Shown here piece after piece: positions 27,406 to 36,139 of a DNA stretch of 64,000 nt. Position 1 is the stretch's first letter. Each line of letters starts with the position of its first letter. The notes beneath the pieces are model-generated. The model was not told the origin of the DNA and made no database searches. It worked only from the letters and a program-made list of their open reading frames with translations. A program made the translations under genes and the position numbers. The DNA is from Planctomycetota bacterium (lineage in GTDB: Bacteria; Planctomycetota; GCA-002687715; CAIWVZ01), in assembly GCA_044222185.1 (NCBI GenBank), contig JBGANV010000006.1:224001-288000 (forward strand). Direction: 5' to 3'.

Positions 27406-30400
27406 TCAGCGCGGATACACGACGAGCGATTCGGCGCCGTCGCGGATGGTGACGTGCGTGTCGACCTTGTCCTCGGGCCGGCAGGTGTCGATCCAAGTGC
27501 CCCCGGGAACCACGTAGACGTGCCACGTCCCCGGGGCGAGCCCCGTGATCTCGGCGTCGGACTGGTCGGCGCCGATGCGCCATTCGACGGCTTCCAGGCG
27601 TCGATCGCGCGGAATCAGACGGACGAAGAGGTCTCCGGGCAAGTTCTTTGGCCGGACGCTCACCTGCAATCGGATGGTGCCGCAGCGCTCCGTCGACGCG
27701 ACCGTTCCCAGATCGACGTCGTCGGATCCAGTGAGGTCGACGCCGTTCAATCGGATGGGCGGACGACCCGCGACCACGAACGTGAGTGACCGGGCTGCAG
27801 GGTCGAACCCACCGAACCACGCGCGGTCGCCGACCCTGTAGAGATCCCATCGATCGGAAACGTCCTCCGATGAAGCCTCTCGATGAGCGAGGACATACCC
27901 GACGACACGCGGGTCTGTAGCGACGAGCGGCGGCACGAAACGGACGTACGCGCGTCGATCCCATTCCATCTCGAGTACACACTTCTCGACTGGCGTCGTG
28001 ATCGTCGCCGTTCCGGACGAGGTCGCCGGCCGCAGGAGTGGATGGTGCGCCGTGACGGTCACGGGGGTGGTTCCTGGGAACCATTGACGAAACGAAAACT
28101 CCGGCGGGCCACCTGACGTCGGCGACTGGTGGAGCTCGGAGAACGAGCGTGAATCGCCCCGATGCGAAACGTCCAAGAGAGGCGGTGAGAGCGGGAATTC
28201 CGCCCAGTCGCCTGGCACGCGCACGCGGATCGCCTGCTGAAACGCACTCGAGAGGTCGAGCGTCGCCTCGACTTGCGGGTTGGACTCCGAGATGACCAGG
28301 ACGTCGGTGGCGATCCCGATCTCGTCATAGTGAACGCGGTAGCGGCCCGGACGGAGGCCGGTCCGAACTACCGTCGTCGCCGTGCGAGGTTTGGTCGAAT
28401 CGCGCTGACGCAGCCACTCGCTCTCGTGAGAGTCGTCAAGAAACTCGATCCGCGGCGACAATGGGACCGCGGTCGATCGAGGTTCGATCACGTGGACTGT
28501 CAGTGACGTGGTCGCCCAGATGCCGACCTGGGTGGGCTCGCGGCTCGGGAGCGTCGGTGTCACGTCTTGGCGGAAGCCAGATGTGGGATCGGAGAACCTG
28601 AACGAGTAGGACCCCGGCGCCCCGAGCATCCTGAGAGTGAGCTCGCCAAGACCCGGGTCTTCCGCCCACGCTGTGATGACGGCGTCCCCACCGACTGCGA
28701 GTTCGAGGGAGTGCGGAATCGCCGGCTTGCCGTCCACGGTTACGCGGAATCGCGCGGTGAGCTCCTCTCCTGGTGTCAGGGTGAGCGTTCCGTCGGGCGC
28801 CTCGATGGCGAACGACCCGCCGCGTAGCCACTGCGTCAGACCGCGTCGACCCGAACTCAACGCGATCCGGTGAGCCCCTGCGGGAAGGTCGGTGAACACG
28901 GCCGTGGCGTCGGGGCCGAGCTGCCGTTCGCACCGGAGGTTGGTACTGACCTCCGTCATCGACACGGTGATCGGGATCGCGGCGTCGCGAGGGAAGGACG
29001 CGACTCGAACGGTGACGCGGTGCGACGGCTCGAAGTGGATCGCCGGTCGAAGCCCCTGAGCGTCGGGGCCGGTCAGATTCGCCACGCGACCGTCTCGAGT
29101 GAGGGCGCGGCCGACGACGTCGTCGACCCGGCTTCCGGCGCCGTGCACGGGCGGCCGCCATCGGAGCGCCCCGTCTCGAATGAGTGCCGCCGGCGCTGCG
29201 GGTTGCGCTGCACGATCCCGTGAAGTCGTCGCGTCTGGCCATGCGAACCGCGGGATCACGCCATCCTTGTTCGCGACGACGACGAGACACGGAGCGTCTT
29301 TCAGGAGAACCTCGGGAGATCGCGCGTCGATGGGCCAAACCGTGGATGCATCCGATCCCGTCGAATCCAGCTCGATTCGGACTGGCGTCGTCGCCGGCAT
29401 CGGGACGAGGCGGGCCCGAGGTTCCAATCGCACGTCCGATGGCGTCGATGCTCGAACGAGGATCGGCGTGTGAGTGAGCGGACCGACGATCTGCGTTCGG
29501 CCGTTTGCGTCGGTGACGGGAGGCGACGGGAAGCCGAGGGCGCGAAGTCGGCGCAGAGTCATCCACGTCCTCGAGAGGTTCTGCGTGCTCACGTCGTCGG
29601 ACCCGTCCTCGCCCATGAGCATCGGCACCTCGCCCGGGTCGGGCCAGAGGACTTCGACGCGAGCCCCCACGACCGGCGTGGCGGAACGGCTCTCGACGAC
29701 TTGAACCGCGATGGGGACCGTCGGCTCGATCGGGATCGTGATCGGAGTCGCGATCGGTGTCGGCGCAGAGACGATGATCGACACCATGCCCCATCCAGAT
29801 CGGTCGGAGTACGCGGCGACGCGATGGACTCCTTCAGCCAGATCGCACACGTGCACGCCATCCTGGCCCGTCGTGCCCTGAGCCGTTGCATCCACGTGGA
29901 CGGTCGCGCTGCGGATTGGCCCGCCGTCGCGCAGAACCACGAGACGTGTCGGCACGAGCGGCGTCACGAGCGCAACGACGCCAACGTCCTGGCACCCGTC
30001 TTCGCCAGTGGGGTGACTCCGCTCGATCGTCACCCAGGCGGAGCCCGTGGCACGGTTGCCGGCTTGGAGCATGGTCGTTGCGGCCGCGTCGACTGTGGCG
30101 GCAGCGTCGGCGACGATCTCGAACGAACCATCTCGTGCGCTGACCGTCTCGCCCAGGGTCTGGGCGTCCGACAAAAGTCTGATCGGCGCGCCAGCCACGG
30201 GCCGACGACTTCGATCGACGACTCGCCCCGAGACGACGAGCTGGGCGCCCTCGTTCGGTAGGGGAGTCGGGAGGACGCGGATCGGTGCCGTCAGCTGGCC
30301 GTCGACAGGCCGCGGCTGCGGGCGCGATTCCGGCGGCGCCTCCAGGCCTCGTGAATGCATCAGTCCGACGTTCTCGTCGGGCGCGCATCGCGTAGCGAGC

Positions 30401-30459
30401 CACACGGCCGCAGCGGCCACGGCGACCACGATCCACGCGGTCCATCGGAAACGACGCAT
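27406..30459 (-). CDS. Membrane-anchored protein with carboxypeptidase-regulatory-like (prealbumin-fold) repeats
   Basis: N-terminal TM 'WIVVAVAAAAVWLA', Pro linker, 'SGRVVDRSRRPVAGAPI', 'PVVGARVEV', 'GLRPGRYRV', 'GLAPGTWHV'. Confidence 0.75.
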   Translation of the reverse strand: MRRFRWTAWIVVAVAAAAVWLATRCAPDENVGLMHSRGLEAPPESRPQPRPVDGQLTAPIRVLPTPLPNEGAQLVVSGRVVDRSRRPVAGAPIRLLSDAQTLGETVSARDGSFEIVADAAATVDAAATTMLQAGNRATGSAWVTIERSHPTGEDGCQDVGVVALVTPLVPTRLVVLRDGGPIRSATVHVDATAQGTTGQDGVHVCDLAEGVHRVAAYSDRSGWGMVSIIVSAPTPIATPITIPIEPTVPIAVQVVESRSATPVVGARVEVLWPDPGEVPMLMGEDGSDDVSTQNLSRTWMTLRRLRALGFPSPPVTDANGRTQIVGPLTHTPILVRASTPSDVRLEPRARLVPMPATTPVRIELDSTGSDASTVWPIDARSPEVLLKDAPCLVVVANKDGVIPRFAWPDATTSRDRAAQPAAPAALIRDGALRWRPPVHGAGSRVDDVVGRALTRDGRVANLTGPDAQGLRPAIHFEPSHRVTVRVASFPRDAAIPITVSMTEVSTNLRCERQLGPDATAVFTDLPAGAHRIALSSGRRGLTQWLRGGSFAIEAPDGTLTLTPGEELTARFRVTVDGKPAIPHSLELAVGGDAVITAWAEDPGLGELTLRMLGAPGSYSFRFSDPTSGFRQDVTPTLPSREPTQVGIWATTSLTVHVIEPRSTAVPLSPRIEFLDDSHESEWLRQRDSTKPRTATTVVRTGLRPGRYRVHYDEIGIATDVLVISESNPQVEATLDLSSAFQQAIRVRVPGDWAEFPLSPPLLDVSHRGDSRSFSELHQSPTSGGPPEFSFRQWFPGTTPVTVTAHHPLLRPATSSGTATITTPVEKCVLEMEWDRRAYVRFVPPLVATDPRVVGYVLAHREASSEDVSDRWDLYRVGDRAWFGGFDPAARSLTFVVAGRPPIRLNGVDLTGSDDVDLGTVASTERCGTIRLQVSVRPKNLPGDLFVRLIPRDRRLEAVEWRIGADQSDAEITGLAPGTWHVYVVPGGTWIDTCRPEDKVDTHVTIRDGAESLVVYPR

Positions 30460-30570
30460 GAGAGCCCGGAGGATAGTCGTTCCACCAGAGACGAGTCGAG
30501 GCGACTTGTGGCGAATCTCGACCCTGCGGCGCCGGCGGGCGCAAAGGCGAGGACGCGCCCCGCCGTCGCC

Positions 30571-31227
30571 TCAGCCCTTCGCGAAGATCGGACTCAGCGC
30601 AAGCTTCGCGCGACGAAGGAACGGCGTCGAGAGCGATGTCGACTGGCTGAACGTGCCGTGGGTTCGCCAGCGCGTGGGTTCGCGGACCAGCACGTCGATG
30701 GACGCCGTGGCGGGGTCGACGATCCAGAACTCGGGAAAGCCCATGCGGAAATAGAGCTCGCGTTTACGTCGTCGGTCGTGAGCCATGTTGCCGGGAGAGA
30801 GGATCTCGACGGCGAGGTCGGGCGCCCCATACATCCAATCCCGGATGCGGTCGCGGTGCTCTGGGCTCACGACGATGATGTCGGGCTGGACGACGTCCAC
30901 GTCGGAGAGGATGACGTCGAATGGCGCGAGGACCACGGTGCCGAGGCTGTTTCTTGCGGCCAGGCCATGAAGCGCCGTTGCAAGCCGAAGAAGGATCGTC
31001 TGGTGGTCGAACGTCGGCGACGGGCACATGAACTGCTGACCCCCGATGATCTCGCAGCGGACGTCCTCTGGCAGGCGCTGACGCATGCGCACGGTCCAGA
31101 GCTTCTCGGTGGTGGTGATCACGGGCGTAGCGTAGGTCCGGCGCCGAGTTCGGCGCAACGGGGCGTCCGAAGGTGTGACAGCCGTGCGTTGTTTCTTGAA
31201 TCGTCGACGTGTGGGCTTCGTGGCCAT
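30571..31227 (-). CDS. Uma2 family (DUF820) PD-(D/E)xK endonuclease-like protein
   Basis: 'EIIGG...PSP..DHQ', 'VVQPDIIVV', 'GAPDLAVEILSP', 'KRELY...GFPEFWIVDP'; start uncertain. Confidence 0.9.
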   Translation of the reverse strand: MATKPTRRRFKKQRTAVTPSDAPLRRTRRRTYATPVITTTEKLWTVRMRQRLPEDVRCEIIGGQQFMCPSPTFDHQTILLRLATALHGLAARNSLGTVVLAPFDVILSDVDVVQPDIIVVSPEHRDRIRDWMYGAPDLAVEILSPGNMAHDRRRKRELYFRMGFPEFWIVDPATASIDVLVREPTRWRTHGTFSQSTSLSTPFLRRAKLALSPIFAKG

Positions 31228-31371
31228 GGGCGAGCCGATCTCGGCCGATCGCGCGTCAGCGTACGGCGGCGGCGCGTCGCGACGCAACGGTGGGCGAGAA
31301 CAAACGAACCGGTTGCAACTTTTCGAACACCACGTCCCTCGCAAGACCGCGGCCATCACCGCGCCGCGCGC

Positions 31372-32721
31372 CTACAACCGCTCCACCCACACGCTCCGAT
31401 ACCGGACGCGATTGCCATGATCCTGCAACCGCAGCGGCCCCGGCTTCGACGACTCGGCTCCGCCAGCCGTCGTCGGCCCGTCGACCTCCGCGTCGTCGTG
31501 GATCTTGCGACCGTTCTGCCACACGGTGAGTCGCGCGTTCGCTGCCTTCTTTTCTGCGTCGCCCCATCGCGCGGCGCGGAAGACGATGTCGTAGGACTGC
31601 CACTCGCCGGGCTTCAGGCAGGCATTCACGCGCGGTGCATGTTTGCCGTAGATCGCGCCGCAGTCGTTGTCCTTCGAGACGAGCCCGAAGGAGTCGAGAA
31701 CCTGAACTTCGTAGCGATCCTGCAAGTAGACGCCACTGTTGCCGCGCGCCTGGCCCGTGTCCGAATCCGGGTGCTGCGGCACGCTGAATTCCACGTGCAC
31801 GCGGCAATCGCCGAACGTCTCCTGCGATAGGGCGTCACCGCTCCCGGCGACGACTTCGAGGGCGTCGTCGACGACCTTCCATGCGATCGGCTTCCCGTCC
31901 CGATTCACCATCGTCGAATGGCCGTGCCCATCCACGAGGACGACGGCGCCCTTTGGCGGTGCGGTGACCCACGCGTCCAACCCCGCGGCCCACGCGAGCC
32001 CACCTCCGACGTGCTTCAGGAATCTCTCGTCGCGCCACACGTCGTCGCGATGTCCGAGCGCGGTGTAGAACACCCGCCCCTTGCCGAACTGCCGACACCA
32101 CGCGGAGGCGTAGTCGCCGTCGGGCCGGGCTCCGAGCTTCGCGTCGATGGAATTCGTGTCGAGGGAAAGCAACCCACGTACGGCCGCGCGATCCCACGAC
32201 TTGAACTGGTAGATCTCGTCCGTGATCTCGAGAGCGTCGCCCAGGTGGCGCGTCGCGGGATGCGTCCCGTCGTCCACCTTCATGCGGACCTTCGTGTGCC
32301 ACGGGTGCCCGTTGAAGCTCGCGCCGATCATCTCCACGTAGTCGGGAAACTGGTACCAGGTGTCGGTCGCCGGGTGGATGCCGACGAACCCGCCTCCGTT
32401 CCACACGAAGTCGATCAGCGCGCGCTTGCCCGCGTCCGCCATCGGGAGCTCGCCCGTCGTGTAGAAGACGACGGCGGCGCACTTCGAGAGCCGCTCCGCC
32501 GTCACGTCGTCACACTGCTGCGTGGGGACGACGCGCAAGCGTTCGCCGGTCGTCGCCACGAGCTGCGATTCCGCGAGCGCTGGCTGATCCGGCGCCGGCC
32601 GCTTCACGACGTCGTGCGTGAATCCCGCCGAGTGCGTGAGCATGAGGACCTCGGGCTTCTGCGCGAACGACCCGCAGGTGACGACGGCGAGCACGGACAT
32701 GACGAGCGCGTGACGACTCAT
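31372..32721 (-). CDS. Secreted ThuA-like domain + DUF1080 (3-keto-disaccharide hydrolase family) fusion
   Basis: Signal peptide SFA|Q; ThuA 'GGGFVGIHPATD', 'GKGRVFYTALGH'; DUF1080 'GNSGVYLQDRYEVQVLDS', 'GEWQSYDI', 'GPLRLQDHG..VRYRSVW'. Confidence 0.88.
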   Translation of the reverse strand: MSRHALVMSVLAVVTCGSFAQKPEVLMLTHSAGFTHDVVKRPAPDQPALAESQLVATTGERLRVVPTQQCDDVTAERLSKCAAVVFYTTGELPMADAGKRALIDFVWNGGGFVGIHPATDTWYQFPDYVEMIGASFNGHPWHTKVRMKVDDGTHPATRHLGDALEITDEIYQFKSWDRAAVRGLLSLDTNSIDAKLGARPDGDYASAWCRQFGKGRVFYTALGHRDDVWRDERFLKHVGGGLAWAAGLDAWVTAPPKGAVVLVDGHGHSTMVNRDGKPIAWKVVDDALEVVAGSGDALSQETFGDCRVHVEFSVPQHPDSDTGQARGNSGVYLQDRYEVQVLDSFGLVSKDNDCGAIYGKHAPRVNACLKPGEWQSYDIVFRAARWGDAEKKAANARLTVWQNGRKIHDDAEVDGPTTAGGAESSKPGPLRLQDHGNRVRYRSVWVERL

Positions 32722-32740
32722 GGATGCGACCTCCGCGGGG

Positions 32741-32759
32741 ATCATATTCCCGGTACACT
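32741..32759. promoter_or_regulatory. Back-to-back -10 elements of the divergent DUF1080 genes
   Basis: TATGAT on minus strand (32741-32746) and TACACT on plus strand (32754-32759) within a 61 bp intergenic gap. Confidence 0.5.
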
Positions 32760-32782
32760 CGTCGCTCACACGGAGTTCCTTC

Positions 32783-34123
32783 ATGAGAATCCCCGCGGTT
32801 GCCGCGTTCGCGATCCCGTTCGTCCTCACTCTCTGCGCCGCCACCGTTCCGACGGCGGGCCAGGCGCCGGACCGGAAGTTCACGGACGACGCGTCGTTCA
32901 CGTCGCTGTTCGACGGCAAGTCGCTCACGGGCTGGGTCACGAAGGGCGGGCATTACGACGGCACCGCCAACTGGCGTGTCGAAGACGGCGCCATCACGGG
33001 GAGCGAGGGCGAGAATCACTCCGGCGGCCTCCTCTACACCGAGCGCAAGTACCACAGCTTCATCTTCGTGATGGACGCCCAGCTCGATTCCCCCTTCGAC
33101 TCCGGCGTGTTCCTGCGCATGGCGCCCCAGGGCAAGGGCGCGCAGGTCACCCTCGATTACCGCGACGACGGTGAGGTCGGCGCGATCTACGCCGATGCCT
33201 TCCTCGCGCACTGCCCGGCCGGGAAGGCCAAGTGGAAGAAGGACGCGTGGAACCACGTGGAGATCCGCTGCACCGGCCGCGACTACCACGTCGAGTTCTG
33301 GCTGAACGGCGAGCTCCTGACGGACTATCGCCTGCCCGCCGGCAGCTCGGGCTACGCGCCGACGGGGTTGATCGGCTTGCAGGTCCACGGCAATCGCAAC
33401 GATCCGCCAGGACGGAAGGCGCGCTTCAAGAACATCCGGATCCGAGAGCTCCCGACCTTCGACCCGGAGCTCTTCGAAGCCGACGTCCTCGGCACCCTCA
33501 AGCTCACGGAGAAGGGCACGGCCCTCGGTTGGAAGAGCCTGTTCGACGGCAGATCCATCGACGGGTGGGAAATGCACGGCGGAGGAGCGGGCGTCGACGT
33601 GGCCGACGGCACGATCCGCTTCGCGACGAAAGGCCCCACGGGCGATCTGCGAACGAAGGAGGATTTCCGGGATTTCGAGCTGCAGCTCGACTTCCGCATC
33701 GACCGCATGGCGAACAGCGGCGTGTTCCTGCGCGCCGCGCGAACGGACGAGAACCCCGCGTTCTCCGGCGGTGAGATCCAGATCCTGGACGACTTCAACT
33801 GGGAGTCGGTCTCCAAATCCACGCTGCGGCCCTACCAGTTCACGGGAAGCCTCTATGGCTCTTCCGCGGTCGCCGACCGCAGCGCGGTTCGGCCCCTGAA
33901 CACGTGGAACACCTACTTCATCCGTTATCAGGGCTCGCGGCTGCTCGTCGAGCTCAACGGCGTGAAGGTGCAGGATGCCGACACGTTCGAACTGCCCTCG
34001 TCCGAGAAGGCGTTCCGTGAGCGGGCCCCGTCAGGGTTCATCGGCCTTCAGCGTTACGCCTGCCAATGGGCTGGCGGCGAACACTACGCGTGGTTTCGCA
34101 ACCTCTTCGTCAGGAAGCTGTGA
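32783..34123 (+). CDS. Secreted tandem DUF1080 protein
   Basis: Two 'SLFDG.S..GW' starts, 'DSGVFLR' and 'NSGVFLR', 'GLIGLQVHG' and 'GFIGLQ', 'FKNIRIREL' and 'FRNLFVRKL'. Confidence 0.9.
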   Translation: MRIPAVAAFAIPFVLTLCAATVPTAGQAPDRKFTDDASFTSLFDGKSLTGWVTKGGHYDGTANWRVEDGAITGSEGENHSGGLLYTERKYHSFIFVMDAQLDSPFDSGVFLRMAPQGKGAQVTLDYRDDGEVGAIYADAFLAHCPAGKAKWKKDAWNHVEIRCTGRDYHVEFWLNGELLTDYRLPAGSSGYAPTGLIGLQVHGNRNDPPGRKARFKNIRIRELPTFDPELFEADVLGTLKLTEKGTALGWKSLFDGRSIDGWEMHGGGAGVDVADGTIRFATKGPTGDLRTKEDFRDFELQLDFRIDRMANSGVFLRAARTDENPAFSGGEIQILDDFNWESVSKSTLRPYQFTGSLYGSSAVADRSAVRPLNTWNTYFIRYQGSRLLVELNGVKVQDADTFELPSSEKAFRERAPSGFIGLQRYACQWAGGEHYAWFRNLFVRKL

Positions 34124-34225
34124 GACCGAGCCGGCGCGGCTCGCCTGGAAGAAAGGCGAACGGACGGAGGGCCGGCACCTCGCCCGCGTGCCGGCGGCGT
34201 CGCTCTCACCTATGATGGCCGCGCC

Positions 34226-35047
34226 ATGCCGCCCCGTCTTGCCGTGTGCTCCTGGTCGCTCCAGCCGACGTCGCCCGACGACCTCGCCTCCAAGCTCCGC
34301 GAATGCGGCGTCGCCAACGTCCAGATCGCGCTCGATCCGATCCGAACCGGTACGTGGAACCTGGACGACTTCCGCCGGGCCATGACCAAGGCCGGGATCA
34401 CGGTCGTGTCGGGCATGATGGCGATGAAGGCCGAGGACTATTCGACGCTCGAATCCATTCGCCGGACGGGTGGCGTGAGACCGGATGCGGACTGGCCCGA
34501 CAACCTTGCCGCTGCGGGCGCCGATGCGCGACTTGCCAGGGAACTCGGGCTTGCGCTCGTGACGTTCCACGCGGGGTTCATTCCCGAAGCGGACGGCACA
34601 GAGCGTCGCACGATCCTCGATCGAGTCCGCGCCATCGTGGACGTGTTCGCGCGGGAAGGCGTGCGCGTCGCGCTGGAGACGGGCCAGGAGACGGCCGAAT
34701 GCCTCGAGCATGCGCTCACGGCGCTGGGGCGCCCAACCGTCGGCGTGAACTTCGATCCCGCCAACATGATCCTCTACGGCATGGGGAATCCCGTGGAGGC
34801 ATTGGCCCGCCTTGCGCCATGGATCCGGCAGATCCACGTCAAGGACGCCGTGGCGACGGGAACTCCCGGAACCTGGGGCGAGGAGGTTCCCGTGGGTTCG
34901 GGAGCCGTCGATTGGCATGCGTTCTTCGACGTCGCCAGGCGCAAGTCGCTTGGCGTCGATCTTGCGATCGAGCGCGAAGCCGGAAGCCAGCGCATCACGG
35001 ACATCCGCACGGCCCGTCGACTGGTCGAATCCACTTGGACGGTCTGA
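34226..35047 (+). CDS. Sugar phosphate isomerase/epimerase (AP_endonuc_2 TIM barrel)
   Basis: 'ETGQE', 'VNFDPANMILYG', 'IHVKDA', 'EVPVGSGAVDW', 'AIERE'. Confidence 0.9.
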   Translation: MPPRLAVCSWSLQPTSPDDLASKLRECGVANVQIALDPIRTGTWNLDDFRRAMTKAGITVVSGMMAMKAEDYSTLESIRRTGGVRPDADWPDNLAAAGADARLARELGLALVTFHAGFIPEADGTERRTILDRVRAIVDVFAREGVRVALETGQETAECLEHALTALGRPTVGVNFDPANMILYGMGNPVEALARLAPWIRQIHVKDAVATGTPGTWGEEVPVGSGAVDWHAFFDVARRKSLGVDLAIEREAGSQRITDIRTARRLVESTWTV

Positions 35048-35048
35048 C

Positions 35049-36083
35049 ATGACGTCGACGAGAACCCTTGGCATCGGCGTGGTCGGATTCGGGCTCATGG
35101 GGCGGACTCACGCCGCCGCGTGGGAGGCGGCGCGCGCATCCGGACGGCCGTGCCGGCTCGTGGTCGTCTGCGACAGCAGCGCGGCGCGGCTCGTGCCGGG
35201 TGCCGAGGTTGCGGGCAACGTTCGCGGGCAATCGGGTGCGGCACGGCTCTTCGACCCGGCCGTCGTGCGGACGACGACGAATCCGGATGACGTCTTCCAC
35301 GATCCCGAGGTCGACGTCGTCTCCATCTGCACGCGCACGGCGACGCACGTCGAGCTGGCGGCAGCGGCGCTACGCGCAGGGAAGCACGTCCTCGTGGAAA
35401 AGCCCGTGGGGTTGACCGCCGACGACGTCGCGCCTCTGCGGACCGTCGCTTCACATGCCGGCACGCTGTGCATGCCCGCCCACTGCATGCGGTTCTGGCC
35501 CGGTTGGACGTGGCTCCGCGCCGCAATCCGCGATGGGCGGTTCGGATCCGTCCGCTCCGCCGTGTTCCAGCGGCTTGGGACGCCGCCCGCGTGGTCGCCC
35601 GAGTTCTACCGCGACTCGGCGCAGACCGGCGGCGCTCTCGTCGATCTGCACATCCACGACGTCGACTTCATCCGCTGGTGCTTCGGAGATCCGGTATCGG
35701 TCGTCTCGACCGGCACCCTCGATCACGTGACGACCTTCTATCGCTACGGTTCAAACGGGCCGTCGCACGTCGTCGCCGAGGGTGCGTGGGATCACGCCAT
35801 CGGGTTCGGGTTCCGGATGCGGTTCGTCGTGGCGTTCGAGCGTGCGACCGCCGACTTCGACCTGGGGCGCGATCCCAGGCTGGTCGTTTCGACGGAGGGC
35901 CAGGCGAGCGCCGTCGACCTGGAGCCCATCGCCGGTTATGACGGCGAAGTCCGACATCTGGCCGACGTCGTGCTCGGCCGGACGCGAAACCTCGACGTAA
36001 CCGTCGACGACGCGTGGGGCACGGCGCGGATACTCGATGCCGAGCGGGAAAGTCTCGCACGCGGCGCGGAGGTCGGGCTGTAA
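35049..36083 (+). CDS. Gfo/Idh/MocA family oxidoreductase
   Basis: 'IGVVGFGLMG..H', 'GKHVLVEKP', 'GGALVDLHIHDVD'. Confidence 0.9.
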   Translation: MTSTRTLGIGVVGFGLMGRTHAAAWEAARASGRPCRLVVVCDSSAARLVPGAEVAGNVRGQSGAARLFDPAVVRTTTNPDDVFHDPEVDVVSICTRTATHVELAAAALRAGKHVLVEKPVGLTADDVAPLRTVASHAGTLCMPAHCMRFWPGWTWLRAAIRDGRFGSVRSAVFQRLGTPPAWSPEFYRDSAQTGGALVDLHIHDVDFIRWCFGDPVSVVSTGTLDHVTTFYRYGSNGPSHVVAEGAWDHAIGFGFRMRFVVAFERATADFDLGRDPRLVVSTEGQASAVDLEPIAGYDGEVRHLADVVLGRTRNLDVTVDDAWGTARILDAERESLARGAEVGL

Positions 36084-36139
36084 GTCGACTCCGGAACACG
36101 CCGATCTTGGTGCGTCCGGGTCCGAGATGAACGAAGCCG

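Noticed and set aside
30571-31227. Uma2 nuclease as part of a defence or mobile island
   Set aside because: It is a solitary member of a commonly expanded family, with no methylase, integrase, att sites or other defence genes nearby.
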